Shown: positions 19,114-29,687 of the stretch, piece by piece
How positions within the stretch are numbered: the stretch's first letter is position 1
Layout: each line of letters starts with the position of its first letter
IMG/VR virus record: IMGVR_UViG_2721755587_000001
Origin: a virus
Lineage: Duplodnaviria > Caudoviricetes
Length of the DNA: 64,000 nucleotides
Direction: 5' to 3' (one strand)
Translations under genes and position numbers: made by a program
Notes under the pieces: model-generated
What the model saw: only the letters and a program-made list of their open reading frames with translations
Told to the model about the DNA's origin: nothing
The model's database searches: none

Positions 19114-19655
19114 CTCCGACCTACGTTGTTGAGCGCGCGCGCCTCTTCGCCTCCGCTGCCCACGCAGCGGTCGGTCAGCGCCGCAAGTACACCCTTGAGT
19201 CCTATATCGTGCATCCGGCAGAGGTAGTTGGGCTGGTCCGGTCGGTGCAACACACCGACGAGATGCTCGCCGCCGCCTGGCTGCATGATGTCGTTGAAGA
19301 CACCAAGGTCGAGATCGCTCAGATTCGGGCGGAGTTTGGCGAGACTGTCGCACGTCTTGTCTCAGCTGTGACCGATATTTCGCTGCCGGAGGACGGTAAC
19401 CGGGCTGTGCGCAAGACAATTGACCGGGATCACCTCGCCTGTGCGCCTGCACAGGCGAAGACGATCAAACTTGCAGATCTGATCAGCAATTCCCGGAGCA
19501 TCCTAGCGCGTGACCGCGCGTTCGCGATGGTCTACATCCAGGAGAAGGCAGCGTTGCTGGACGTACTGAGGGACGGCAATCCATCGCTTCATGCCGTGGC
19601 GGCGCGAATCGTCGCCGACGCTCTTGAGCGTTTTGGCGAGGCCGAGCAGGCATGA
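19110..19655 (+). CDS. HD-domain small alarmone hydrolase-like ((p)ppGpp hydrolase, Mesh1-type)
   Basis: AH..Q.RKY...YIVHP.EV, WLHDVVEDT, IKLADLISN. Confidence 0.85.
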   Translation: MTPTYVVERARLFASAAHAAVGQRRKYTLESYIVHPAEVVGLVRSVQHTDEMLAAAWLHDVVEDTKVEIAQIRAEFGETVARLVSAVTDISLPEDGNRAVRKTIDRDHLACAPAQAKTIKLADLISNSRSILARDRAFAMVYIQEKAALLDVLRDGNPSLHAVAARIVADALERFGEAEQA

Positions 19656-20968
19656 TCGTTCCGTTCTCCCTTCATTTGGGCGATTGCTTGGACGTCCTGC
19701 GGACGTTGGCGGAGGCCTCAGTCGATGCAATCGTTACTGACCCGCCATACCACCTCACGGACAGCTCGCGCGGAAGCCACGCGCGATCAAGCAATCCCGC
19801 CATGCCCCATGGCCGCCACCGCATCGGTGACAAAGGGTTCATGGGCAAGGTATGGGATGGCGGCGATATCGCACACCGCGTCGAGCTCTGGTTGGAATGC
19901 CTGCGGGTGCTCAAGCCTGGCGGCCACCTTCTGGCCTTCGCCGGCACGCGGACCTATCACCGGATGGCCTGCGCTATCGAGGATGCAGGCTTTGATCTGC
20001 GCGACCAGTTGGGCTGGCTGTATGGATCTGGCTTCCCCAAGTCCCGCAACCTGGATGGTCAATGGCAGGGCTGGGGCACGGCACTGAAGCCGGCTTGGGA
20101 GCCAATTTGCATGGCGCGGAAGCCGCTGGCCGGAACTGTTGCCGCGAACGTGCAGGCCCACGGCACCGGCGCGCTCAATATCGACGCGTGCCGCGTGGGT
20201 ACCGACGATGCGCTCCGTGCCGGAGCCGGAGGGACGTGGGATGCCATGCACAAGCATGAGGGTCGTGGCCGCGCCGGTGAGGCCAGCGCTGAGCGCCGCT
20301 ACACCAGCCAGGGCGGCACTGACTTCGCAATGAAGCCCGGCCCTCGCGGCGGGGACGCCGCCGGCCGCTGGCCCGCTAATGTCATCCACGATGGCTCGCC
20401 GGAGGTGCTGGCGGCCTTTGCTCAGTTTGGCGAGAACAAGGGGCAGACCGCCGCTCTCGCGACCCGGAACAGCGACAAGACCCGGAACACATTCGGTACT
20501 TTTGCCGGTCAGACCGATGCCGAGTTCCAGCCCCACGATTCGCTGGGTTCTGCCGCCCGTTTCTTCTACTGCGCTAAAGCGAGCCGCACGGATCGCAATG
20601 AGGGCTGCGAGCACCTCGAGCGTCAGCCGCTGCACTGGTCGAATGGGGTACAGAACCCGGGGTCCTTCCAGTCAGAAGGTACGGACAAGACGAGTCAGAA
20701 CAATCACCCGACTGTGAAGCCTACGGAATTGATGGGCTACCTTTGCCGGCTGGTGACGCCTCCTGGCGGCGTAGTGCTCGATCCGTTCATGGGGTCTGGA
20801 TCCACTGGTAAAGCCGCGATGCGCGAGGGCTTCCGCTTCATCGGCATCGATATGACGGCTGAATACCTGGGCATCGCCCGCGCGCGAATTGAGCACGAGC
20901 TAACCATCAGGCGGGTGGAGTCAGTGGAGGTATCCGTGCAGCCAGACCTGTTCGGTGCCGCAGCATGA
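19652..20968 (+). CDS. DNA N6-adenine/N4-cytosine methyltransferase (beta class)
   Basis: TDPPY near N-terminus, HPTVKP, VLDPFMGSGSTG. Confidence 0.92.
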   Translation: MIVPFSLHLGDCLDVLRTLAEASVDAIVTDPPYHLTDSSRGSHARSSNPAMPHGRHRIGDKGFMGKVWDGGDIAHRVELWLECLRVLKPGGHLLAFAGTRTYHRMACAIEDAGFDLRDQLGWLYGSGFPKSRNLDGQWQGWGTALKPAWEPICMARKPLAGTVAANVQAHGTGALNIDACRVGTDDALRAGAGGTWDAMHKHEGRGRAGEASAERRYTSQGGTDFAMKPGPRGGDAAGRWPANVIHDGSPEVLAAFAQFGENKGQTAALATRNSDKTRNTFGTFAGQTDAEFQPHDSLGSAARFFYCAKASRTDRNEGCEHLERQPLHWSNGVQNPGSFQSEGTDKTSQNNHPTVKPTELMGYLCRLVTPPGGVVLDPFMGSGSTGKAAMREGFRFIGIDMTAEYLGIARARIEHELTIRRVESVEVSVQPDLFGAAA

Positions 20969-21330
20969 AGAAGCTCGCGGAAACGGTCCACCAGGTCGTG
21001 CAGCTGGTGCAAACACGCCGGCTCTCCCTGACCAATGAGAAGCAGACCCAGTCCGATATCGCGGACGTATTTACGGTAGCGGGCATCCCTTTCGAGCGGG
21101 AAGTGCGCCTGTGCGAGGCCGATATCGTTGATTTCATGGTGGCTGACACCATCGCCATTGAAGTGAAGATCAAGGGGCAGCGCAAAGCCATCTTCCGCCA
21201 ACTCGAGCGGTATGCCGGCCACGACCGCGTGACGCACATTCTCCTGTTCACCTCCGTGGCCATGATGTTGCCTGGGGAGATCGGCGGGAAGCCGGCGCAC
21301 GTGGCTTCCCTGAGCAGGGGGTGGCTCTAA
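20965..21330 (+). CDS. Small PD-(D/E)XK-like protein
   Basis: IVDF...IEVK...QLERY. Confidence 0.6.
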   Translation: MKKLAETVHQVVQLVQTRRLSLTNEKQTQSDIADVFTVAGIPFEREVRLCEADIVDFMVADTIAIEVKIKGQRKAIFRQLERYAGHDRVTHILLFTSVAMMLPGEIGGKPAHVASLSRGWL

Positions 21331-23030
21331 TGCCTTTCCGTAGCTACGGTAACCTCCGCCTAGTAAGCGATCGGTCGCAATGGGTCATGACCGGCCTTGA
21401 GCCGCACGTCGCCATCCGCCTGAAGCACATCTTCCCGCGCATCCCCAAGGCTCAGACGGACGACTTCGTCTTCCCGAATGATCAGGCCCACTGTGCGGAC
21501 CTGGACTGGTTTTGCTCCCGGTATCCGCTGGCAATGTCCGATGGCGATGTCGTGAGTTTGCGAGGTGGCCGGCTGGAGTTTGAGGCGACGCAGGCCGAGC
21601 TGGAGCGGATCCTCACTCCTGACTATGTGCCTCCGGCCTATCTGGGTTTGAGGCCAGGGCAGGTGGTGCGTCCCTATCAGGGGCAGGCTGTCGAGGTGGC
21701 GCTGCGCCGGAAGGGCCTGCTGCTCGGGGATGATCTGGGCCTCGGGAAGACTTACACCGCTGGCGCATTCATGCTCAAGCCCGGCACGCTGCCGGCTGCT
21801 GTGGTGGTGCAGACCCACCTGCAGGTGCAGTGGACAGAGAAGCTGACTGCCTTCACGACCTTGCGGGTCCACAAGATCAAGGGCACCAAGCCATATGATC
21901 TCCCGCCGGCGGATGTCTACATTTTCAAGTACAGCCAGCTATTGGGCTGGGTCGACTTCCTGAGGACTGGCTACTTCAAGACGGTGATTTATGACGAGGT
22001 TCAGGAACTGCGCACCGGTAGCGCGAGCGGGAAGGGTAGCGCCGCCCACGTGCTTTCTGACAACGCGGAGTTCCGGATTGGCCTTAGCGCCACGCCGATC
22101 TACAACTACGGCACCGAGATCTGGAACATCATGCGCGCTATCGACAGTGCGGTCTTGGGACCGACGGGGGACTTCACCAGGGAGTGGACCGACGGCACCG
22201 GTGCCATGAAGGATCCGGAAGCGCTTGGCACCTATCTCCGCGAGCAGCACGTGTTCATCCGCCGGACCAAGCGGGACGTGGGACAACAGGTGCCGCCGAT
22301 TAACCGAATTGTGGAAATTGTGGACACGGACGAGAAGGCCATGCAGGACATGGCGAAACTCGCCCAGGCGCTTGCGCTGAAGGTCACCACCGGCTCATTC
22401 ACGGAGCGTGGGCAGGCTGCCCGGGAACTCGATTTGCTGGCTCGGCACACAACAGGGGTGGCCAAGGCGCGATCGGTTGCCGCCTACGTCCGAATCCTCC
22501 TCGATGCGGATGTCCCAGTGTTGCTCATGGGATGGCACCGGGACGTCTACGACACCTGGCTCAAGGACCTGGCTGAGTTCAAGCCGGTGATGTACACCGG
22601 CAGCGAGTCGCCCACGCAAAAGGAAGAGGCTAAACGGGCCTTCCTGGCCGGCGAGACGAATCTGTTCATCATGTCGCTCCGGTCTGGTGCTGGTCTGGAT
22701 GGGCTGCAGCATCGCTGCTCCACCGTAGTCTTCGGTGAGCTGGATTGGTCGCCCAAGGTCCACGAGCAAATCATCGGTCGGCTGGACAGGGAGGGTCAGG
22801 AGGAGCAGGTAACCGCCATCTACCTGAACAGCGAGGATGGCTCCGATCCGCCGATGGTGGATCTCCTTGGCCTGAAGGCCTCGCAATCCACCGCGATCGT
22901 GGATCCAGGCAGGCTGTTCGAGGCTGTCCATAGCGATGCGTCCCGCATCAAGCTGCTGGCGCAGCAGTTCCTGGGCAAGAAGCGAGCTCAGCCCACGCCG
23001 GTCACGGAACCCGAGTTTGTCCTTACCTGA
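21330..23030 (+). CDS. SNF2-family helicase
   Basis: DDLGLGKT, DEVQ, SATP, GAGLDGL, QIIGRLDR. Confidence 0.9.
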   Translation: MPFRSYGNLRLVSDRSQWVMTGLEPHVAIRLKHIFPRIPKAQTDDFVFPNDQAHCADLDWFCSRYPLAMSDGDVVSLRGGRLEFEATQAELERILTPDYVPPAYLGLRPGQVVRPYQGQAVEVALRRKGLLLGDDLGLGKTYTAGAFMLKPGTLPAAVVVQTHLQVQWTEKLTAFTTLRVHKIKGTKPYDLPPADVYIFKYSQLLGWVDFLRTGYFKTVIYDEVQELRTGSASGKGSAAHVLSDNAEFRIGLSATPIYNYGTEIWNIMRAIDSAVLGPTGDFTREWTDGTGAMKDPEALGTYLREQHVFIRRTKRDVGQQVPPINRIVEIVDTDEKAMQDMAKLAQALALKVTTGSFTERGQAARELDLLARHTTGVAKARSVAAYVRILLDADVPVLLMGWHRDVYDTWLKDLAEFKPVMYTGSESPTQKEEAKRAFLAGETNLFIMSLRSGAGLDGLQHRCSTVVFGELDWSPKVHEQIIGRLDREGQEEQVTAIYLNSEDGSDPPMVDLLGLKASQSTAIVDPGRLFEAVHSDASRIKLLAQQFLGKKRAQPTPVTEPEFVLT

Positions 23031-23035
23031 GACAG

Positions 23036-23512
23036 ATGCCAGACCTCTCTTTTGTCGTTTTCAACCCGCCGGGCCATGGCCAGCCATACCTGGTGCCGTC
23101 CTCCGCGTTCGACATCAAGAGCGTGGAGCGCCTGCGGTGGAAGCACGGCGATGTCATCACCTCGGAGTTCAGGAAACCCAGGAGTGGGCCGCACCACCGG
23201 CAGGTGTTCGGGGGTTTGCTCCGCTTCGTCTTCGAGGCACAAGAGCGGTTTGACACCCCTGAGGCGCTGCGATGCTTCCTGACGCTCAATACGTCCTTCT
23301 GCATCGAGTGCGTGGATCAGGCCACTGGGCAGGTACTGCGTTTTCCTCGCTCCTGGTCATACAGGGAGATGGATGAGACTGAGTTCAAGCAACTGAAGGA
23401 AGAGTTGCTGCCCGTGATCCTGAAGGAATTCTTCCCGCATGAGGGCATAGATTGGCTGAAAGCATCAGTAAATCAGCAGGCTTTCATGGATGGCTTGATG
23501 TCGTTCTTCTAG
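23036..23512 (+). CDS. DUF1367-like protein
   Basis: KPRS..HHR..FG, PRSWSY.EMDE.EF. Confidence 0.6.
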   Translation: MPDLSFVVFNPPGHGQPYLVPSSAFDIKSVERLRWKHGDVITSEFRKPRSGPHHRQVFGGLLRFVFEAQERFDTPEALRCFLTLNTSFCIECVDQATGQVLRFPRSWSYREMDETEFKQLKEELLPVILKEFFPHEGIDWLKASVNQQAFMDGLMSFF

Positions 23513-23634
23513 AGCATGGAAATAGTCTACGGCGACTAGATCAGATTGGCGAAGTTGAAGCAGGCCGGGCATAATTGCACTTGGGTTTCTGGTCCAACAG
23601 CGATACCGGGTCCTAACACTGGGAGGATACTCAG

Positions 23635-24675
23635 ATGACCAACAACGAGCCAGTTTTTCCGATCCTGCCGCCCGATTGGGATGGATCGCCGCCGGCGAAC
23701 ATCGTCAGCCCCTTCTTGCCGCAGCCTGCGCCGTTTAGCCAGGCGTTTATGCTTGAGCAGTCGCTGTTCCAGCATCCGGTACCAGGAAGCACATTCTCGC
23801 TGGAGCAGGCATTCCAAAGCCCGTCCCTGCCAACCAAGGTATTCAAGCCACCTGTGATTGGGCAAACGATCACTGTGGATGGGAAGATCTTTACGATTGG
23901 GGCGCAGGTTGGCGGCGGTTGGTTCGGTAGTGTCTATACGTGTTCGGATGAATGGAACAACGCTCTGGTGGCCAAGGTTTTGGTGCCTAAGGATCAAACG
24001 TACGAGCAGGTACGTGAGAACTGGATGCGAGAGCTAAAGAACCTGCTGCATCTCCGGCACCCAAATATTACCTACGTGCATGCTGCGTTCGAATGGGAAG
24101 ATACTTTTTACCTGATTATCGAACGCTGCACGTGCACGCTTGACCAACTGATCAGCTATCAAGGCCTTCAGCCGGATGCATGGATTCCCCACGTTGGGAG
24201 GGATATCTTGCAGGGGCTTGACTATATTCACGATCAAGATTATGTCCACAAAGATATTCATCCAGGCAACGTTTTCGTAGCGCAGACGTTTGATAGGATG
24301 GTCCCGGGCAAGGAGCCGGTTTGGTCATACAAGATAGGTGATCTGGGGATATCCCGTCTCGAACACGAGATCAACGTTTTCAACACGGTGCTCGCGGAAT
24401 GGATGATGCCACCAGAGGCCCTGGATCCGATGCAGTTCGGAATCGTAGGGAAGCGAACGGACATCTACCATGTCGGCTTGCTGCTGCTGGCGCTACTGTT
24501 TAACAGGATGCCAACTTTCTCGCATCAAGATATTCTTGCGGGTGTGCCGCGTCAGATGGCAGAGAACCACCCATCGAGGTTCGGCCGGGTGATTGCTAAG
24601 GCGCTGCGCCGTCATGTTGCGGATCGCACAGGGTCCGCAATGGAATTTTGGCGAGAGATCCGCGCTGCGATTTGA
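23635..24675 (+). CDS. Hanks-type Ser/Thr protein kinase (moron)
   Basis: GGGWFG, VAK, HKDIHPGN, DLG, PPE, DIY..G; AT-richer; followed by a terminator. Confidence 0.9.
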   Translation: MTNNEPVFPILPPDWDGSPPANIVSPFLPQPAPFSQAFMLEQSLFQHPVPGSTFSLEQAFQSPSLPTKVFKPPVIGQTITVDGKIFTIGAQVGGGWFGSVYTCSDEWNNALVAKVLVPKDQTYEQVRENWMRELKNLLHLRHPNITYVHAAFEWEDTFYLIIERCTCTLDQLISYQGLQPDAWIPHVGRDILQGLDYIHDQDYVHKDIHPGNVFVAQTFDRMVPGKEPVWSYKIGDLGISRLEHEINVFNTVLAEWMMPPEALDPMQFGIVGKRTDIYHVGLLLLALLFNRMPTFSHQDILAGVPRQMAENHPSRFGRVIAKALRRHVADRTGSAMEFWREIRAAI

Positions 24676-24697
24676 GCGCGGCGTTGCCGGAAGTAAT

Positions 24698-24721
24698 AGC
24701 CCCTCCCCGGGGCATTTTTTT
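24698..24721 (+). terminator. Intrinsic terminator
   Basis: GCCCC-tcccc-GGGGC followed by ATTTTTTT. Confidence 0.6.
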
Positions 24722-24796
24722 GATCCTAAATAGCCACAAAGGACTAAACATAGCCTATAATGGATTGGTTAGAAAACATCTTCGATCCTAGTCCAT

Positions 24797-25030
24797 ATGA
24801 GCGAATTCCAGCCGATTACAAAGCCAGAAGACCTCTCTGGTCTGGACGACAACGAGATGGTGAGCGGGTACTGCTCTGGCTATTGCGGTGATGCCGAGCC
24901 TGGTAGCGACAAGTCCCGCGCATTCTGGCATGGCTGGCGAAATGGCGCTGTCGACGGCGGCCACCGGCAGATGGATACGGCCCAGGCCGAGCTCGCGCGC
25001 TGCCTGGTTGCACAACAGAGGCTTCATTAG
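24797..25030 (+). CDS. Hypothetical protein
   Basis: 77-aa ORF after a promoter/operator. Confidence 0.5.
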   Translation: MSEFQPITKPEDLSGLDDNEMVSGYCSGYCGDAEPGSDKSRAFWHGWRNGAVDGGHRQMDTAQAELARCLVAQQRLH

Positions 25031-25032
25031 GG

Positions 25033-25359
25033 ATGGCGAAGAAGGAAGCCACGGCGGACGAGTGCGCCTACATGGGGCGGGTCGCTGCCCTCGGCTGCGC
25101 TGTCTGCCGGCGGCTTGGCTTGGGGCCAACCGCTGCCCTGGTGCACCACCAACGCACAGGCCAGGGCAAGATGCGTGCAAGCCATTACAGAACCTGTCCG
25201 TTGTGTCCTCCTCACCATCAGTTCAGTGGATTCGGTGTCCATGACATGGGCCGGCCCCAGTTCGAGCGCATGTACGGCTTCAGTGAGGTCGATCTAGTCG
25301 AAGAAACGCGCTTTATCCTCGCCCGGTATTTGCCGGCCGAAGAGTTGGCGGCAGCCTGA
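25033..25359 (+). CDS. Ref-like recombination enhancement HNH nuclease
   Basis: VAALGCAVC, VHH.R.G.G...ASH...PLCP.HH. Confidence 0.8.
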   Translation: MAKKEATADECAYMGRVAALGCAVCRRLGLGPTAALVHHQRTGQGKMRASHYRTCPLCPPHHQFSGFGVHDMGRPQFERMYGFSEVDLVEETRFILARYLPAEELAAA

Positions 25360-25374
25360 CCCGGGGGAACATTG

Positions 25375-26091
25375 ATGCAGAGTGAAACGGTAGGGCGGAG
25401 TAGTCGCACAAAGCGGCCTGACCTGGCGAACCTCACCTGGTTTGCCCGGACGCCGGAGCGCCCCCGCAGGACTCGGCCGGCGACAGAATCCACGGATGAG
25501 ATTGTCCGGAAACGGATGGTGGCCGCCCGCAACTTGAACCGGCTTGACCAGAAGGATGCAGCCAAGCTGCTGGGGTACAAGAACAGCGCGCCGCTCTCGA
25601 AGATCGAGGGTGGCCAGGCGAAGATGCCGAAGGGCTTGCTGGTCAAGGCATCGATCGCATATGGGGTGTCAGCCGATTTCCTGCTCGGCTTGTCCGACGA
25701 GCCCGAGCGCGACCCGCGCACCGCCGAGCATATGGCCGTGATCCGTTCCGTGGAGGAGTCTGTCCGCCAGCATACCCATCACATGGCGACTGCCCTGTTG
25801 CGGAATGCCGCCGAGTCTGTCCCGCTGGAGTTGCATCTCAAGCAGATCATCGAGACAGCGCACCGTGCGGCCGAGGCTTTCGATACCGTCTGTCGCAAGA
25901 ACCCTGAGTTCCAGGATGACGTTGTGGCCGGCTCCCGGCTGCAGGCTGCCATGGATTCCTTGGTAGATGCGATCGGCAAGTCCAACCAGTACATGGAGCG
26001 TCGGTCCAGGCTCACCGAGGTCAAGCTTGATCTGGCCGTCGACGGGATGAGCATGCCCCTGTTCGCTGACAGTGAGACAGAGGAGGGATGA
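25375..26091 (+). CDS. XRE HTH transcriptional regulator
   Basis: LDQKDAAKLLGY..SA.LSKIEGG, YGVSADFLLG. Confidence 0.8.
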   Translation: MQSETVGRSSRTKRPDLANLTWFARTPERPRRTRPATESTDEIVRKRMVAARNLNRLDQKDAAKLLGYKNSAPLSKIEGGQAKMPKGLLVKASIAYGVSADFLLGLSDEPERDPRTAEHMAVIRSVEESVRQHTHHMATALLRNAAESVPLELHLKQIIETAHRAAEAFDTVCRKNPEFQDDVVAGSRLQAAMDSLVDAIGKSNQYMERRSRLTEVKLDLAVDGMSMPLFADSETEEG

Positions 26092-26342
26092 TGCTGGATT
26101 TCCTGCTGAACGCACTCAAGTGGTACGGGATAGTAGTTGGCAGCGTCTTTGGGTTCATGATCGCCTTCGTGGTGGTCATGCTCCTGGTCTTGTCCATATC
26201 GATCCGGGCTGCCTCTCCCCGCCAGGTCATCTTGGTAGTCCGAGAGCAGGGGGAAGGGAAGCCCAGAGGCTTGAAGAAGGCGACGCGAGTGAAAACGCAA
26301 TTAGCCGCCACTCAGGGAACCGAACAGAAGGTGGTTGATTGA
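26088..26342 (+). CDS. Small membrane protein
   Basis: One long hydrophobic segment. Confidence 0.5.
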   Translation: MMLDFLLNALKWYGIVVGSVFGFMIAFVVVMLLVLSISIRAASPRQVILVVREQGEGKPRGLKKATRVKTQLAATQGTEQKVVD

Positions 26343-27355
26343 CCGCTCCCGCTAAGAAGACCCCGAAGAGGTCCGCGACTTCCCGGAAACCCGTGGAAGG
26401 GAAGAGCGCTGTCTCGAAGGCTAGCGTACCGAGGAAGGTGCCTCCGGCAAAAGCAAAGTCCCCTGAGGACGTGAAGCGCGTCCGCCAGGCCGCCGCTCAA
26501 CACGCCCGGGAGGCGAGGACCGAAAAGAGAAAATCCCTCGCAGTTGCTATCGCGGCGGATGAGAGTATTGACCCATACCAAGGCCTGCCTGAACGGCAGC
26601 GCCGCTTCGTTGACGAGTACCTCATCTCGCTCAACGGCACCGATGCCTATAAGAAGGCCGGTTTCTCCGTCAAGTCTGACAAGGTCGCTGGGGTCAATGC
26701 CTGCAAATTACTAGCAGACCCTAGGATCGCTCGCGCCATCGATATCCGAAAGAAGGCACGCCAAGAGCGTACTGAGATCAGCCAGGACGTTGTCCTCAAG
26801 CACCTGATGGGCGTCGCCTTCGGGGATGCCAACGAATTGGTGGAGTTCCGCCGTCGCTGCTGTCGATACTGCTGGGGGATGGGCTACCGATACCAGTACA
26901 CCCCTGCGGAGTTCGAGAGCGTGCTTGTGGCACATCAGCGTGCCTGTCGCGAGGCTGAGAAGGAAGACAAGCCACTGCCTCCAGAGCCTGATGAGCGTGG
27001 CGGCGTGAACTTCGACGGACGGAAGGCTCCCAATCCCGACTGCCCGGAATGCTTCGGTGAAGGCCGGGGCTACGTCTTTGTGCATGACACCGGCAACCTC
27101 CCGCCCGAAGCCCTGGCGCTGTATGCCGGCGTGAAGGAAGGGAAGGAAGGTATCGAGGTCAAGACCAAGTCTTCCGACAAGGCCATCGAGATGTTGGCCA
27201 AGCACGTGAACTTCTACGAAGAGAAGGTGCAGGTCAACGTGACCACCGCCACGCCGCAGGAACTGGACGCCATCTACAAGAAGCGCATGGAGGAGACTGC
27301 CAAGCAGGCTGCCTCAGTTGCGCACCGGTCCACCCGCCCGAAGACTGAAGACTGA
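26339..27355 (+). CDS. terS: Terminase small subunit
   Basis: RQRRFVDEYL..LNGT.A...AG, RCCRYCWG, PNPDCPECFGEG, KA.EML.KH. Confidence 0.85.
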   Translation: MTAPAKKTPKRSATSRKPVEGKSAVSKASVPRKVPPAKAKSPEDVKRVRQAAAQHAREARTEKRKSLAVAIAADESIDPYQGLPERQRRFVDEYLISLNGTDAYKKAGFSVKSDKVAGVNACKLLADPRIARAIDIRKKARQERTEISQDVVLKHLMGVAFGDANELVEFRRRCCRYCWGMGYRYQYTPAEFESVLVAHQRACREAEKEDKPLPPEPDERGGVNFDGRKAPNPDCPECFGEGRGYVFVHDTGNLPPEALALYAGVKEGKEGIEVKTKSSDKAIEMLAKHVNFYEEKVQVNVTTATPQELDAIYKKRMEETAKQAASVAHRSTRPKTED

Positions 27356-27462
27356 CCGCCAGTGATCGGTACTCGCTGGCCCTGTATTTCCATACGCATA
27401 TTCCTAGCCACATACGCCTATTTTTAGTACACTGCTTCGGTGAGTACTAACTGGAGACGCAT

Positions 27463-27648
27463 GTGGGAAAGGCTTTCATTGCGCTGGTGGTTGGGTTGGT
27501 TGTCGGCGGCCTCGTAGGGGGATCGCTCTATGAGTCGGCATGGCGGAAGGACTGCCAGCAGCTTGGCTGGCATCGTAGCGACAAGCACGGTGCATTCGAG
27601 TGCCGCCCGACCGCCCAACCCGAGAAATCCTCGTGGAGGGTGGCATGA
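27463..27648 (+). CDS. Small membrane-anchored hypothetical protein
   Basis: Hydrophobic N-terminus; follows operator 27405. Confidence 0.45.
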   Translation: MGKAFIALVVGLVVGGLVGGSLYESAWRKDCQQLGWHRSDKHGAFECRPTAQPEKSSWRVA

Positions 27649-28046
27649 GTGCGCAGCACACGCCCGGCCCTTGGGAGGGAAAAACCGCCGACGGTGCTTG
27701 GTTTGGCGACCACATGTGGGAAGCCACACACCACACAGTCGGCCTGACCCAATCCGTGGCGGTGCATCGTCAGGGCAGAGTGATTGCCCTTGTCGTTCGC
27801 GAGGATTGGGACGATGCCTCACTCGAGGCGGACGCAAATCTCATCATCGCTTCTCCGCTGCTTTTGACTGCAGCTCGCGCAGCAGTGGAACTCCTCCGCC
27901 GGCAGGGCTGGTTGCCTACGTCGACCGACCCCGAGGCCGTTCTATTGCGGCAACTGTGGGCCGCCATTGCCGTTGCTGATGGACAGCAACCGAATGAGCC
28001 AGAAGCCCCGCAACACCTTCTTGTCTCCCATCACCATAAGGACTGA
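27645..28046 (+). CDS. Hypothetical phage protein
   Basis: HTPGPW...ANLIIASP motif common in phage early genes. Confidence 0.55.
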   Translation: MSAQHTPGPWEGKTADGAWFGDHMWEATHHTVGLTQSVAVHRQGRVIALVVREDWDDASLEADANLIIASPLLLTAARAAVELLRRQGWLPTSTDPEAVLLRQLWAAIAVADGQQPNEPEAPQHLLVSHHHKD

Positions 28047-28048
28047 TC

Positions 28049-28987
28049 ATGTGGTTTCGCAACCTGACAGTGCATCGCCTGTCCTCGTTCGCTTTCGGCC
28101 CCAGCCAGTTGGCTGAGGCCCTTGCAAAGCATGCATTCGCCACCGCCGGGGGCCTTGAGATGCAGGCTCAAGGGTGGATCTCGCCGCGCGACAACGGCGA
28201 GCTGGTGCATGCCGTGAACGGGCAGATGCTTATTGCGCTCTGCATCGAGAAGAAACTCCTTCCAGCCTCGGTCGTCAAGGAGGTTGTAAAGGCCCGTTCA
28301 GCGGAGCTCGAAAGCCAACAAGGCTTCAAGCCTGGTCGGAAGCAGATGCGGGAGTTGAAGGAATACGTCACGGAGGAACTGCTTCCCCAGGCGTTCCGCG
28401 TCCGCAGTGTCACCCGGGTTTGGATCGATGCAGCGAGCGGCTGGCTAGTGATCGATGCTGGGGCTGGTGCAAAGGCCGACGCCGTGCGCGGGATGTTATT
28501 CAAGTCCATTGACCCGCTGCCGCTGGTCAACCTGCACGTCAACCATTCGCCGGTTGCCGCGATGACGGATTGGCTGGCCACGGACGAGGTCCCAAATTCC
28601 TTCACCATCGACCAGGATGTCGAACTGCAATCATCTAGCGAAAGCAAGGCCACGGTTCGCTATGCCCGCCACCCGGTCGACGCGGACGATATGAGCCGCC
28701 ACATCGCCGCCGGCAAGCGCTGCACGCGCCTGGCGATGACCTGGAGCGACCGCGTGTCCTTCATCCTCACGGATGACCTCACTATCAAGCGTGTAGCGCC
28801 GCTGGACGTGCTCAAGGAAGCCAAGGATGCGACCGGCGACGCTGACGACGCTTTTGACGGCGATTTCCTGCTGATGGCCAGCGAGTTGGCGCTGCTGCTG
28901 GGTGACCTGGTGGGGGCACTCGGTGGCGAGCGTGTCGAAGCCGCTACCGGCCAGGCCACCGAAGCAACGAGCGAGGCGCTGTTATGA
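28049..28987 (+). CDS. rdgC: Recombination-associated protein RdgC
   Basis: [31 protein letters not shown]. Confidence 0.92.
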   Translation: MWFRNLTVHRLSSFAFGPSQLAEALAKHAFATAGGLEMQAQGWISPRDNGELVHAVNGQMLIALCIEKKLLPASVVKEVVKARSAELESQQGFKPGRKQMRELKEYVTEELLPQAFRVRSVTRVWIDAASGWLVIDAGAGAKADAVRGMLFKSIDPLPLVNLHVNHSPVAAMTDWLATDEVPNSFTIDQDVELQSSSESKATVRYARHPVDADDMSRHIAAGKRCTRLAMTWSDRVSFILTDDLTIKRVAPLDVLKEAKDATGDADDAFDGDFLLMASELALLLGDLVGALGGERVEAATGQATEATSEALL

Positions 28988-29373
28988 GTTGGCGCTTTGT
29001 CTATCGGGTGCTGCCGGTGCTTGTCATCCGCACTGATCGGCTAATCCCCGCGCGCTTCCAGGGGTACAACCTTGGCCCCGTCATCCTGCTGCGGCCGACT
29101 GCTCGGGCGGCGCTGCTCGAGCATGAGCTCACGCACAGCCGCCAGGTGTACCGCACGCTTTTCCTGATGGGGGCGATCTACTACCTGTCCAAGCGGTGGC
29201 GGCTCCGGTGGGAGGCGGAGGCCTATGCCGTTCAGTGGAAGGCTGGTGACTCGCTTGCCAACCTTTCCACCTTCCTGGCCAATAACTACCACCTTGGGAT
29301 CAGCGTCAGCGAGGCGCAGCGCGCCATCCTCGGTGCCGCCCTCGGGCTTGCCGGCGGCTTCGGCGAAGCCTAG
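28984..29373 (+). CDS. HExxH zincin-like protein
   Basis: LLEHELTH..Q...WEAEAY. Confidence 0.55.
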   Translation: MSWRFVYRVLPVLVIRTDRLIPARFQGYNLGPVILLRPTARAALLEHELTHSRQVYRTLFLMGAIYYLSKRWRLRWEAEAYAVQWKAGDSLANLSTFLANNYHLGISVSEAQRAILGAALGLAGGFGEA

Positions 29374-29387
29374 ACGGGAGAGCAACA

Positions 29388-29687
29388 GTGATGGAACTCC
29401 AAGGAAAGCACATCGACACGCTCGTCGCTCTCGTTGAGCGTGGCCCGTTAGATGACGGCGACGTACCAAGTAAGTCAGGCCGCGATGACTTGATCGACAG
29501 CGGGCTTGCCGTCCGGGTCGTGGTTAATGGGGCCGACGGCCATACGGCAGCAACCTATGCCGGGCGCGATGCCTACGCCGAGCATTTCGGAAACGCAGAC
29601 ACGATCAAGGAGGCAAAGGCGTTCCGCCTGGCTGGCCGGGCAATCAACAGCGCGTCCTACACATCGAAAGGGGCTGGACATGAATGA
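29388..29687 (+). CDS. Hypothetical protein
   Basis: 99-aa ORF in operon. Confidence 0.5.
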   Translation: MMELQGKHIDTLVALVERGPLDDGDVPSKSGRDDLIDSGLAVRVVVNGADGHTAATYAGRDAYAEHFGNADTIKEAKAFRLAGRAINSASYTSKGAGHE

